The position numbers and the translations under genes were made by a program. Positions 18,565-29,000 of a stretch of 52,668 nucleotides of DNA are shown piece after piece; position 1 is the stretch's first letter; each line of letters starts with the position of its first letter. The DNA is from Saprospiraceae bacterium (GTDB lineage Bacteria; Bacteroidota; Bacteroidia; Chitinophagales; Saprospiraceae), in contig JAYUQN010001025.1 of assembly GCA_043756725.1 (NCBI GenBank), positions 1 through 52,668 on the forward strand. The letters are read 5' to 3'. The notes beneath the pieces are model-generated. The model did no database searches. It was not told the DNA's origin and worked only from the letters and a program-made list of their open reading frames with translations.

Positions 18565-21500
18565 ATGAAAAATATGAATCCGAAAACCAATTTCCTCACT
18601 TCTTGCTGGAGGGTGTTTCAAACGAACAATAACCTTCCGAAGGGTGTTTTGATGAAATTTAAGACCCCCTTGATGCTTTCAGCTTCATCACGACTGGGCG
18701 TGACAGTATTTATAGGCATTTTCACGCTTTTTTTCACCTTTTTTCACGCTGAAAAAACGTATGCCCAAGCCTGTGGCAGTTGTACAACGGCGAATTGTTC
18801 AGGCATAAAGCAATATGCCAATAAAACCGATGCCTTAGCAGGAGTAGGTAAAATATGGAAAAATTACAGCCCTGCCTTGACCAATGTAACAGGTGCTTTC
18901 ACCGTTTATGCAACCATTACGACAGATGCGAATGGGCAAGTATCGGTCATGCAAGAGATGCAAGTGCAAGGCAATTCAACGGGCTTATCGGCACAATCGT
19001 CTGCAGTAGCGGGGTCGAGGTCATACTCATTATATGCACTTTCGGATGTCAATTGTACATCGGCTATTTTAGCTGCCAATATCTTGAACGATGGTAGTTC
19101 TTCAACTTTCAATCCTGCATGGACGAATTTACAACCTAATACAAGTTATAAATTGGCTTTAAGAACCAATTTGGGGGTGATGGCTGCGGGGTATTCGTAT
19201 ATGGGTTTTAATATACGTTTTTATAATAATGTTAGACCTTTTTCAAGTTTTGCTTTCAATTGTGGTTCGGCTGCGGCTGTGGGTACATTCTATGCCAGTG
19301 GTGTAAGTGGGCAAAATGGTACTTTAACCGTACCTATTTCAAGTGCTACATCAGGTTACGCTAATTTTACGGTAACAGGTGGCGGTTTTTCGGGTTCGGC
19401 TTCAGTGAATATTGCAACGGGGCAGACATCTGTTTCAATACCTTTGACTTTTGATGGTTCTGGTGTGGCGAGAAGCCAGCCTTTAACGGTGACATCTACA
19501 CAAGGTACGGGTACGTGTACGCCTACCGTGCAGGTGAAACCTTTGATAGCTTCCTTTGCTTTCAACTGCGGTACAGCCGCTTCAACAGGAAGTTTTATAG
19601 CAAATAATACAGGTGGACAAACAGGCTCTTTGATGATACCCCTCAGTAATACAACGGCTGGGGAGGCGGTTTTTAATGTATCGGGTGGTGGCTTTTCGGG
19701 CAGTTTGACAACGACTTTGACGGCGGGGCAAGCCTCGGTTTCAATACCGATAACTTTTAGTGGCTCGGGTTCGGCGGGTAATCGTGCGGTGTCGGTGACT
19801 TCGGCACAGGGAACAGGTAGTTGTGGTTTGACTATCAATGTTATTTCACAAGCGGGTGGTTTTACTTTTAATTGTGGAACTGCGAGTATTGTGGGTCGTT
19901 TTGTAGCCAATGGTACGGGTAATCAAGGTGGTTTTATCACTGTTCCTATTACGGGAGCGATAGCGGGTACTTCTACTTTTAACGTTTCGGGAACAGGTTT
20001 TTCAGGCAGCTTGACGACTGTTTTAACGAATAATCAAACGCAAATTAATATTCCTATTACGTATGATGGTTCGGGGGCATCGGGAACGAGACCCCTCAGT
20101 ATAACAGCAACAACGGGCGGTGGTTCGTGTGTAATCAATGTAAACATAGTAAACCCTTCGCCAAATGGCGCAATAACTTTCAATTGCCCTGCAACGGCTT
20201 CTATCAATGGCAATTTTATAGCCAATGGTACGGCTAATCAGACAGGTCTTTTGAATATAAATTTTACAACGCAAACGGGGGGTGAAATTAGTTTATCCGT
20301 TTCGGGCAGTGGTTTTACAGGCAGTATAACGACAAATGTAAGTGCTGGTCAAACGGGCGTAAATATGCTTGTGACATACAACGGAACGGGTGTGGCGGGT
20401 AATCATGCGATAACGGTTACATCAAGCCAAGCGACAGGAACTTGTGCGATGGATATACCAGTTCAAGCTCTTTTTGCTTTCAGTTGTGGTGTTTTCAATA
20501 CATCTTCTAACTTTTTAGCGAATGGTCAAGCCCAAACGGGTACTTTGGTGATACCCCTCAGTAATGCAACGGCTGGGTCGGCTACTTTCACGCTTTCGGC
20601 TGGTGGTTTTACGGGCAGTTTTACTACGGTTTTGAGAGATAGTCAACGGTTTGTGGCTATTCCTGTTAGTTATGATGGGTCGGGGGCTACGGGCAGTCAT
20701 GCGGCTACGGTGACTTCTTCACAAGGTTCTGGAAGCTGTGCAATTGGGGTGAAAGTGAAAGACCCTGCGGCTGATGGCTGCGATTTTATAAAAGGACAAA
20801 ATATTATTTTAAACATACACAGCAATAATACAAATGCTTCATTTTCAACGCATTATATTTTAGTTGATGCCAATGGTATTATTCAATATCAAACGGCAGC
20901 TATGCCTTTTACCAATATTGAAAAGGGTGAATATGAGGCTTATGCTGTGAATTATATGGGTACTGCCCCGACTTTGACGGCTGGAACATCTTTAAATGCG
21001 ATAGGTGGAAATTGCGTTTCAATATCAAATGCTTTGCCGATAAAAGTGTGTGCAGGGTTTCAATTTAGTTGCGGGGGTGCTACTTATACAGGTACTTTTA
21101 TTGCGAATGGCGTTGTAGGTCAAACGGGTACTTTATACGTGACAATTTTAAATGCTTTGCCTATTCCAACAACCGTTTCAGTTAATAATAATGGTTTTAT
21201 TGGCTCAAAAACGGAAACTTTAACGGCAGGACAGAACACGATTGCGATACCTGTTACTTATGATGGTTCAGGCGGTGGTGGGACAGTTTTGCTAACTATT
21301 TCGGGGGTTAATGCTTATGGTACTTGTACAATGGGTGTGACAACTTTGCCACCACATCCAGCTTCTCCCTTTGCTTTTAATTGTAATTCGGCTGTTTTAA
21401 ATACTAATTTTATAGCGAATGGGGCAACACAATCGGGTAGTGTGCAGGTGAATATAGCGACAATTTCAGCGAATGCGACGACTAATTTTACATTCAATGC

Positions 21501-21705
21501 AACAAATTTTGGAGGTGGTTTGACCAATGCAGTTTTGAGTGCGGGACAAACGAGTATTGCTGTGCCGATAGAATTTAATGGGGCAAAGCCGCATGGTACT
21601 TTTGCCGTGACTTTGGCTTCGCCTCATGCTTCTAATAATTGTTTGATTAATGTACCTGTGGGGATTGATTGTACGGTGGTGTTGGGGGTTTTGACGCGGA
21701 ATTAA
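18565..21705 (+). CDS. Secreted protein built from about ten tandem 95-aa FxFxCG modules, plus one Cys-bounded YxAVNY module
   Basis: An alternative start at 18652 gives MKFKTPLM... with the hydrophobic core GVTVFIGIFTLFFTFF. The repeated pattern is F(A/T)FNCG..(A/S)..G.F.ANG..GQ.G.L..P......G...F.V.G.GF.GS.TT.L.AGQ....IP..(Y/F)DGSG..G......TS.QG.G(S/T)C. The tail is CTVVLGVLTRN. Confidence 0.85.
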   Translation: MKNMNPKTNFLTSCWRVFQTNNNLPKGVLMKFKTPLMLSASSRLGVTVFIGIFTLFFTFFHAEKTYAQACGSCTTANCSGIKQYANKTDALAGVGKIWKNYSPALTNVTGAFTVYATITTDANGQVSVMQEMQVQGNSTGLSAQSSAVAGSRSYSLYALSDVNCTSAILAANILNDGSSSTFNPAWTNLQPNTSYKLALRTNLGVMAAGYSYMGFNIRFYNNVRPFSSFAFNCGSAAAVGTFYASGVSGQNGTLTVPISSATSGYANFTVTGGGFSGSASVNIATGQTSVSIPLTFDGSGVARSQPLTVTSTQGTGTCTPTVQVKPLIASFAFNCGTAASTGSFIANNTGGQTGSLMIPLSNTTAGEAVFNVSGGGFSGSLTTTLTAGQASVSIPITFSGSGSAGNRAVSVTSAQGTGSCGLTINVISQAGGFTFNCGTASIVGRFVANGTGNQGGFITVPITGAIAGTSTFNVSGTGFSGSLTTVLTNNQTQINIPITYDGSGASGTRPLSITATTGGGSCVINVNIVNPSPNGAITFNCPATASINGNFIANGTANQTGLLNINFTTQTGGEISLSVSGSGFTGSITTNVSAGQTGVNMLVTYNGTGVAGNHAITVTSSQATGTCAMDIPVQALFAFSCGVFNTSSNFLANGQAQTGTLVIPLSNATAGSATFTLSAGGFTGSFTTVLRDSQRFVAIPVSYDGSGATGSHAATVTSSQGSGSCAIGVKVKDPAADGCDFIKGQNIILNIHSNNTNASFSTHYILVDANGIIQYQTAAMPFTNIEKGEYEAYAVNYMGTAPTLTAGTSLNAIGGNCVSISNALPIKVCAGFQFSCGGATYTGTFIANGVVGQTGTLYVTILNALPIPTTVSVNNNGFIGSKTETLTAGQNTIAIPVTYDGSGGGGTVLLTISGVNAYGTCTMGVTTLPPHPASPFAFNCNSAVLNTNFIANGATQSGSVQVNIATISANATTNFTFNATNFGGGLTNAVLSAGQTSIAVPIEFNGAKPHGTFAVTLASPHASNNCLINVPVGIDCTVVLGVLTRN

Positions 21706-21775
21706 TTTGAATTAGGATTTGTAGGATTTTGAAGGATATTAAGGATTTGGATACCCCCTCAGTATTTTGAACTAT

Positions 21776-22738
21776 TTACAATGAGTTCTTTGAATTTAAA
21801 TGTAAAAAGTATTTCAATACTTTATAAATTTCACTCAATTGATGATAAGTCGTAAACCCATTATTTGTATGAAATTCAAAGGTATTGGCTTGTTTTCGGG
21901 TCAATTGACAGAAGTGAAAACTGGAACTGCCCCAAAAATAACCCCCATAAAGGGTTTCAATTTTAGGGAATTGATGCAAGGTGGCTATTAATTTGGCTAA
22001 AATAACTTGGTCATCTCTGATTGAAGATGGACGTTTCCAATTGGCTTCAAGGATGAAAAGCGGTTGAGGGTCAGAATCGTAACCTGTGTAAATTATCCAA
22101 TCAAGTTGTGTTTTTATAAGATTGTTGTTAATGATTGTTTGAATAGGGTAGTTATGGGTTGTTTCATTAAGGTTGAAATTGTTTTCAGAAGATTGATTTA
22201 TTTGAAAAATTAGGGGGGCTATGAAATTGAAAATAGATTTTTCATCACGCATTTCAGAATATGCTCTTGAACTGCGTTGGTGTTCACTCATTTTTTTAAT
22301 AAAATCATTTTCAACATCAGTCAAAGGTATATTGGACTTAAAAAGGTTGTTGAAAGCAACATCTTCACTTCGGTAAAATTTTTTGACAGTTGCTAAAGAT
22401 TTAAGTTGTTCATCGGAAATAAAATTAGGATTGATGGATTCTATTTTTTCAACAGTACTGTCAGGAACTTCAACTATATCTGATGTGTCCATTTCAAATA
22501 TTTGAAAACCGTAGGCTGAATCACCGTCAATTGAAGATTCTTCGATAAGGCGTAACAAGGTGGCTGCCGTTAGTTCATTTGCTTTTTTACCAACGGGCAG
22601 ATAATCCAAGAGCTTATCATAAGTTTTTGGATTGTCTAAAATGTATTGAGTGACAGATAAAGTATCATTTGCTTTAAAATGCCATATTTCACTTACGCCT
22701 TCATCTAAGGAGACAGTGAAAACGAATAATTTTGCCAT
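21776..22738 (-). CDS. Hypothetical cytoplasmic protein (320 aa), the only reverse-strand gene inside the giant-gene array
   Basis: The ORF is clean and has no signal peptide. The C-terminal half has a D...E-x-K-like pattern (QLDWIIYTGYDSDPQPLFILEANWKRP), suggesting a restriction-endonuclease-like fold. No family could be recognised with confidence. Confidence 0.65.
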   Translation of the reverse strand: MAKLFVFTVSLDEGVSEIWHFKANDTLSVTQYILDNPKTYDKLLDYLPVGKKANELTAATLLRLIEESSIDGDSAYGFQIFEMDTSDIVEVPDSTVEKIESINPNFISDEQLKSLATVKKFYRSEDVAFNNLFKSNIPLTDVENDFIKKMSEHQRSSRAYSEMRDEKSIFNFIAPLIFQINQSSENNFNLNETTHNYPIQTIINNNLIKTQLDWIIYTGYDSDPQPLFILEANWKRPSSIRDDQVILAKLIATLHQFPKIETLYGGYFWGSSSFHFCQLTRKQANTFEFHTNNGFTTYHQLSEIYKVLKYFLHLNSKNSL

Positions 22739-22946
22739 AATCTTATCGGGTTTTAGGTTAAAATAAGTAAAGATTGATTGAGCAAATGTACGACTAAACC
22801 AATGAAAAAGACAAGATAAACCGTGTTTTGGTTATAAAATCCCAAAATGCGTTTTTTTTCACTTAAACATATTATATTTTTTAAATTTTAAAATATACCA
22901 TAAAATAATAGTAATGAAATTTTTAACACTTATTTTTATTTTTAAA

Positions 22947-23002
22947 CACATAGTCACATAGGACACATAGAGAGAAAACTATGTGTCCTATGTAACTATG
23001 TG
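22947..23002. promoter_or_regulatory. 56-bp palindrome with 24-nt arms, 57 bp upstream of the 2853-aa gene (candidate operator)
   Basis: The arms are CACATAGTCACATAGGACACATAG and CTATGTGTCCTATGTAACTATGTG (one mismatch) around the loop AGAGAAAA. Each arm contains three CACATAG-type direct repeats. The site lies in the divergent intergenic region. Confidence 0.5.
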
Positions 23003-23058
23003 TTTAATAAAAAAAACTAAGTATTAAACCAAAAATAAACTCAAAATCGCAGATAAAC

Positions 23059-26000
23059 ATGAAGCCACATTTTTACAATTTTTTTAAGGTTTTTCAAAAA
23101 AAGCCTAACAGTTTTTCAAAAGTCTTAGGATTTGCCCTTTTTGTGGCAATTTTTGGGCAATTGCCTAATGCCCATGCCCAAAGCCGTTTGGCTTTTATGC
23201 ACGGGGCTGATGACAACAGTGGCACAGGTTCGGGTGTCTCTATCTGGGTCAGTAATGGCAATGGCACTTTTAAACAGTGCAAAATCTCCGACACAGGTTT
23301 TGACCGTGACAATCTGCAAAGTGAAGTTTTTGGTGACGATGGGTCATCAACGACTTTTTATGCCGATGTGACGGGCGATGGCGTGGTGGACATTGTTCAT
23401 GCCTCCGAATATGGCGGCACAAATGCCATTCATGTTTATCGAGGCAACGGCAGAGGTGGTTTTTCTAAAACCGCTATTACCACTTCGGGTATGCAATCGG
23501 GTAGCGATGGCTATGTTTTTACGGGCAATAGTGGCGGTGAAAGCTCATTTTTAGCGGACGTGAATGGCGATGGCAATCTGGATTATGTGACTTCGGGCAA
23601 TGACCGAAATATCCACACCTATCTTGGAAATGGCAATGGCACTTTTGCCACAAGCCGTGTTTCAACCACTTTGACAGGCGCAAATGGCTATCAAACATCG
23701 GGCATTTCAACCGCAGAAGTTGCCTTTTTAACAGATGTAAATGGTGACGGCAAAGCGGATTTGGTGGCAACCAATGAAGGTGATGGGCGCAGTATTCGGG
23801 TCTGGTTGGCAACGACTTTGGGCAATTTTAATGCAACACCTGTTACCACAACAGGTTTTCAACAAACAGGCAGTTCTATTTTTACAGGTATTGGCGGTAA
23901 TGAAACATCGGCTATGATTGATGTGAATGGTGATGGTAAAATGGACTTTGTGCATACCAACGAGTTTGATGCGAACAATGATATTTTTACTTTTTTAGGC
24001 AATGGTGATGGCAGTTTTGCAACAACTTATGTGCGTTCAGTCGTGACAAATCCTGCGGGAACGTATTATCAAGCGATTGGTGATTGGGCGGGAGACTATG
24101 CCCAATGGATAGATGTAACGGGCGATAATAAAGTGGATTTTGTCACTTCTGCCGATTATTTAGGGGTCAATAGTGGCATTTATGTTTATACGGGTAATGG
24201 TGATGGTACTTTTAATGCTGCACCGATTGTCACTTTGGGTTGTGGCGGTTTTCAAACGGGTAGTGATTTTACTGAAACGACACGCATTGTACAAGTGTTT
24301 TCAACGGGAACTACTTTTGCCAATAACTGCCGTGTGAATCCAACAGGTACAACAACAGCCCCGGGTGGTGTCAATGATTTATTGCTTTGGTTAAAAGCCG
24401 ATGATTTAACCGCAAATGCAGAAGGAACAAGTTTGGCGACTTGGTCAGATAGTTTGTCATGGGGTTCGGTGGGGCAATATTACCCGACTTATAGACCGAC
24501 TTTCAATAAAACAACCGCTTCTAAACTTGTCAATTTTAATCCCTCTGTATCTTTCAATGGTGGGCAAGAATTGAAAACAGACCACCGTTTGTATTGCAAT
24601 AATTCGCAATTTCAATTGGTTTCAGTTGCGCTTGATGAGCGCAATAATCCTGTTGAGTTGCGTGCACCATTTGGTATTGGGGGCGATGGCAATTATCCTG
24701 CAATGGATATGCAAACTGATGGTATTAGCCCAAATGGTTTTAATCCGTGGATGTCTTACAGTTCGCCTGCGGAATGGGGAGCTGGAACAGGTGTTTTATA
24801 CAATGGCAATACAGGTGGCACTAATCGCCAACCACAGATTTTTTCTTTGGGTTCAACAAATGCCTCTACATCGGCAGTGGATAATATTGTGTCTTGGGTT
24901 GATGGTAAAAAAGATGCCACAACGCTTGATGCGAAACAACAAACTGAAATTGGCAACGGCATGTTCTTGGGTTCTTCGGGTGATGCTCAATGGCTTGGGC
25001 GTATTCCAGAAACCCTCATTTTCACCCGTCAATTGAATGATGGTGAAATGCAAAAAGTCAATTCTTATTTGGCTATAAAATATGGTATTACTTTGAGCCA
25101 AACGATGGCGCAAAATTACCTCGCTTCGGATAGTTCTGTGCTTTGGAATGCGACAACCAATGCCGCTTATAAAAGCGATATTGTGGTAATTGGGCGTGAT
25201 GATGCTTCGGGTTTAAATCAAAAACAATCAAAATCTGTTAATACGGGTATTCAACCAATTATCAGTTTGGGCGCAATTGCGGCAACAAATCAAGCGAATA
25301 CAGGCAGTTTTTTAACAAATAAAAACTTTGAAGCGATTGGACACAATGACTTGGCAGCTAATTACGCAACGGCTTATGCGCCAAGTAGTTTTACACCTGT
25401 TGCCCCTTTTTACCGCATGAACCGTATTTGGAAAGTACAGGAAACGGGAACAATTGGAACAGTAACAATCGGCATACCCCTCAGTAATGGGGCTGAAAGA
25501 TTGCTCGTTAGCACTGATGCGAGTTTCGCACCAGCCAGTACGCAAGAGATTTTATTAACCAACGATGGCAACGATAATTTGAAAGCTACGGTGGATTTGG
25601 CAGATGGGCAATTTTTTACTTTTGGGCGTATTGCCGTGGCACCAGGCTGTGTAGTGAGTGGACTGCAAATGTGGCTTAAAGCTGATGCAGGTGTAACGGG
25701 TTCAACGGCAGTAACAAAATGGGATGACCAATCCGTGAATGGACGGGCTTTGGTGCAAAATACCACGGGTAACGCACCTGCGGCTAATGCAACTATTAAC
25801 TTCAATCCAGCCTTTACTTTTGATGGTGTCAATGACCGTTTAGAATATAAAGGCACTCGTTTTATGAGTACAACGAGTTCAGGAACAATGTACGGGGCAG
25901 CGACAAATAAATACGATGGCGGTTATGAAAACTTGGGTGTATTGGGTATTGATAACCCGCACATGGGTACATTAGCCAATCAACAAATTATGTGGATGAA

Positions 26001-29000
26001 CTCTTCTGCGCCCGTGCGGATTGACCAACCGGGTACATTGACACCCGACCAACTTTATACGTGGGGCTACTTCTGGAATGGAGGAACACCGGATGTAGGG
26101 AGTGGTTTGCGCTTAGACGGCAAAGAGTTTTACGATGCCACAACAGAGGCTACTGCCGTTGGAAGTAGTGGTGTATCTGACGGTATGTTCACCGTAGGCA
26201 GTTATGAAGGACTTGAAAATTGGAATGGTAAAATTGCCGAAGTTATTTTATACGACCGCAATTTGACCAATGTTGAAAAAGATAAAATTGAAACTTATTT
26301 AGCGATAAGATATGGTAATTCTTTGAAACACAATTACTTATCGGGTGCGGGCGTAACTATTTATGATACAACGGGTTATGTGAATAATATTGCGGGTATT
26401 GGCAAAGAAGTGTGTCAAGGTTTAAATCAAAAACAATCAAAATCGGTTAATTCAGGTGTTCAACCGATTATTGGTTTGGCACGTATTGACTCCACAAATG
26501 CGGCTAATACGACTGAATTTGCCGCCAATAACAGCTTTATGGTTTGGGGTAGCAATACAGGTGCTACAAATTTTGGTACGGCTATCACCCCACCTGCGGG
26601 TATTTCATTGAATAACCGCTATGGTCGTATTTGGAAAATACAAGAAACAGGAACGGTGGGTATTGTAAAAGTCGCTTTCCCAATTCGTTCTGGCAATGGT
26701 GCAACGGTTTATTTAGTCCGTTCAACTGATGCGACTTTTGATGCAACGGACGAATTTACCCCCCTCAGTAATTTGACCGTTTCGGGTAAAGAATATTTAG
26801 CAGCGAATATTAATTTTAACAATGGTGATTATTTTACAGTTGCCACATTTTTAACAGCCCCCGGTTGTGTGGCTTCCAATTTAGGTCTTTGGTTAAAAGC
26901 GGATTTTTCGGGTACTTCTACGGGTGAAAATGCGGAGGATTGGCAAGACCACTCTACAAATGTGAATGATGTTGAGGTAAATGGTACGATGATTTTGCAA
27001 AAAGGGGACGCTAATCACAATTTTCAACCTTATTTTGGCAATTTTTCAGCGACAAATTTTTTCAAGGACATGAACAGTTCCTTAGCACCACAAGGCGCAT
27101 TTTTGGCTTCGGAGGTGACGATGATTGCAGCAGTGCGCCCAAATACTTCAACTGGAACGGGTCGTATCATGGGAATTGACAATGATGATAATTTTTCAGG
27201 TGAACCCGCTTTGAGTTTGAGTGCAGGTAATCCCAACTATTATCGCTATTGGAATACAACAAAAGATTTTGTTACCACCACTATTCCAACTACGGCTAAT
27301 CAAAGCACGGTTATTTCAGCCCGTACCAATGGTACTGAAATAAAATTGGGCAATAATGGGGCTTTTGAAAGCTCAACAGTTGTTGCAGGAAGCGGTATGT
27401 GGGGCGATATTATGACCGTTGGTTATGGTTCTTGGAGTGCGGCAGGGGCTTTTCCCGGTGAAATTCAAGAAGTAATTTGGTATAAATCGGCTTTAAGCAA
27501 TACAGAAGTTCAAAAAATTAATTCTTATTTGGGTATAAAATATGGTACTTCTTTGAACCACCCTTATCTTTCGGGTGCGGGTACAACCATTTATGATACA
27601 ACAGGATATGCGTATAATATTGCGGGTATCGGGCGTGAATTGTGTCAAGGTTTAAATCAAAAACAATCGAGAAGTCAAAATGTAGGCGTGCAGCCAATTA
27701 TCGCTTTGACCGCTTTGGCTGAAACAAATTTTGACAATTCGGCTACACTTGAAGAAGGGGCTTATATGATTTGGGGCAGCACAAGCGGCACAGGCACTTT
27801 TAGTAATACGATAAACGTACCCGCAAGTGTAACGGCAAATAACCGTTTTTCAAGAATTTGGAAAGTGCAAGAAACGGGAACAGTTGGAACGGTACAAGTG
27901 GCTTTGCCTTCCACTTTGGGCAATGGTGCAACGGTTTATTTAGTGCGTTCCACCGATGCAACATTCGATGCAAGTGATGAATACCTCCCCCTCTCCATAG
28001 GAGTCCCTTCGGACAGTATTTTGACCGTTGGAGGCAGTGATTATTTGGCTACAACGATTAATTTCAACAATGGCGATTATTTCACCATAGCAACTTACCT
28101 CACAGCACCCGGTTGTGTGGCGGCTAATTTGAATTTGTGGTTAAAAGCCGATAAAGGGCTTTCATCTACAACAGATGGTACTACATTGAACTACTGGGCA
28201 AATCAATCTATCAATGGCATTGACAGTGTTTACCAAGCAACAGCTACAGCAAGACCTACGGTTTTCAACACAACCAAAGGCAATTTGGTGAATTTTAACC
28301 CTTCCCTAAGTTTTGATGGAGGCGATGAATTGATAAGCTCAAACCGTCTTTTCAGCAATACTGCGCCTTTTACGACTATTGCAATGGCAATTGACCGCCG
28401 AACAAATACGGCTGAATTGCGTGCACCAATGGGCATGGGCTACGGAAATGGCAATTTTTTAGGTCTTGATTTTCAAACAGATGGCGTTAGTCCTTATGGT
28501 TTCAACCCTTATTCAGGTGTTGATGCCGAATGGGGGAATACAACGCCCAATTATAGATTGAACGGTTTGGGTCATGGCTCAACCAATCAAAATGGTAATA
28601 TTGTTGGTTTGACAACCAATAACGTTGCGGCTGGCTCGGATAATGTGATTGCTTATGTGAATGGTTCTAAGGACAATACGACTATTTCAGCCAATCAAAA
28701 CGCTTTATTTGGCAATGGTATTTATGTCGGTTCGAGTGGTGATGCTCAATGGCTTGGGTTAGTTCCCGAAGTGATTGTGTATGACCGCCAATTGACAGAT
28801 GCTGAAATGCAGCGTGTTTATTCTTATTTGGCTATAAAATATGGGACTACTTTGAAACAGCCTTATTTGAATGGTGCAGGGAATGTGGTGTATGATACAA
28901 CAGGTTATTCTAAGGATATTGCAGGTATTGCCTATGAAAAGTGTCAAGGTTTAAATCAAAAACAATCGCAAAGTGGCAATCAAGGGGTGCGTCCAACAAT

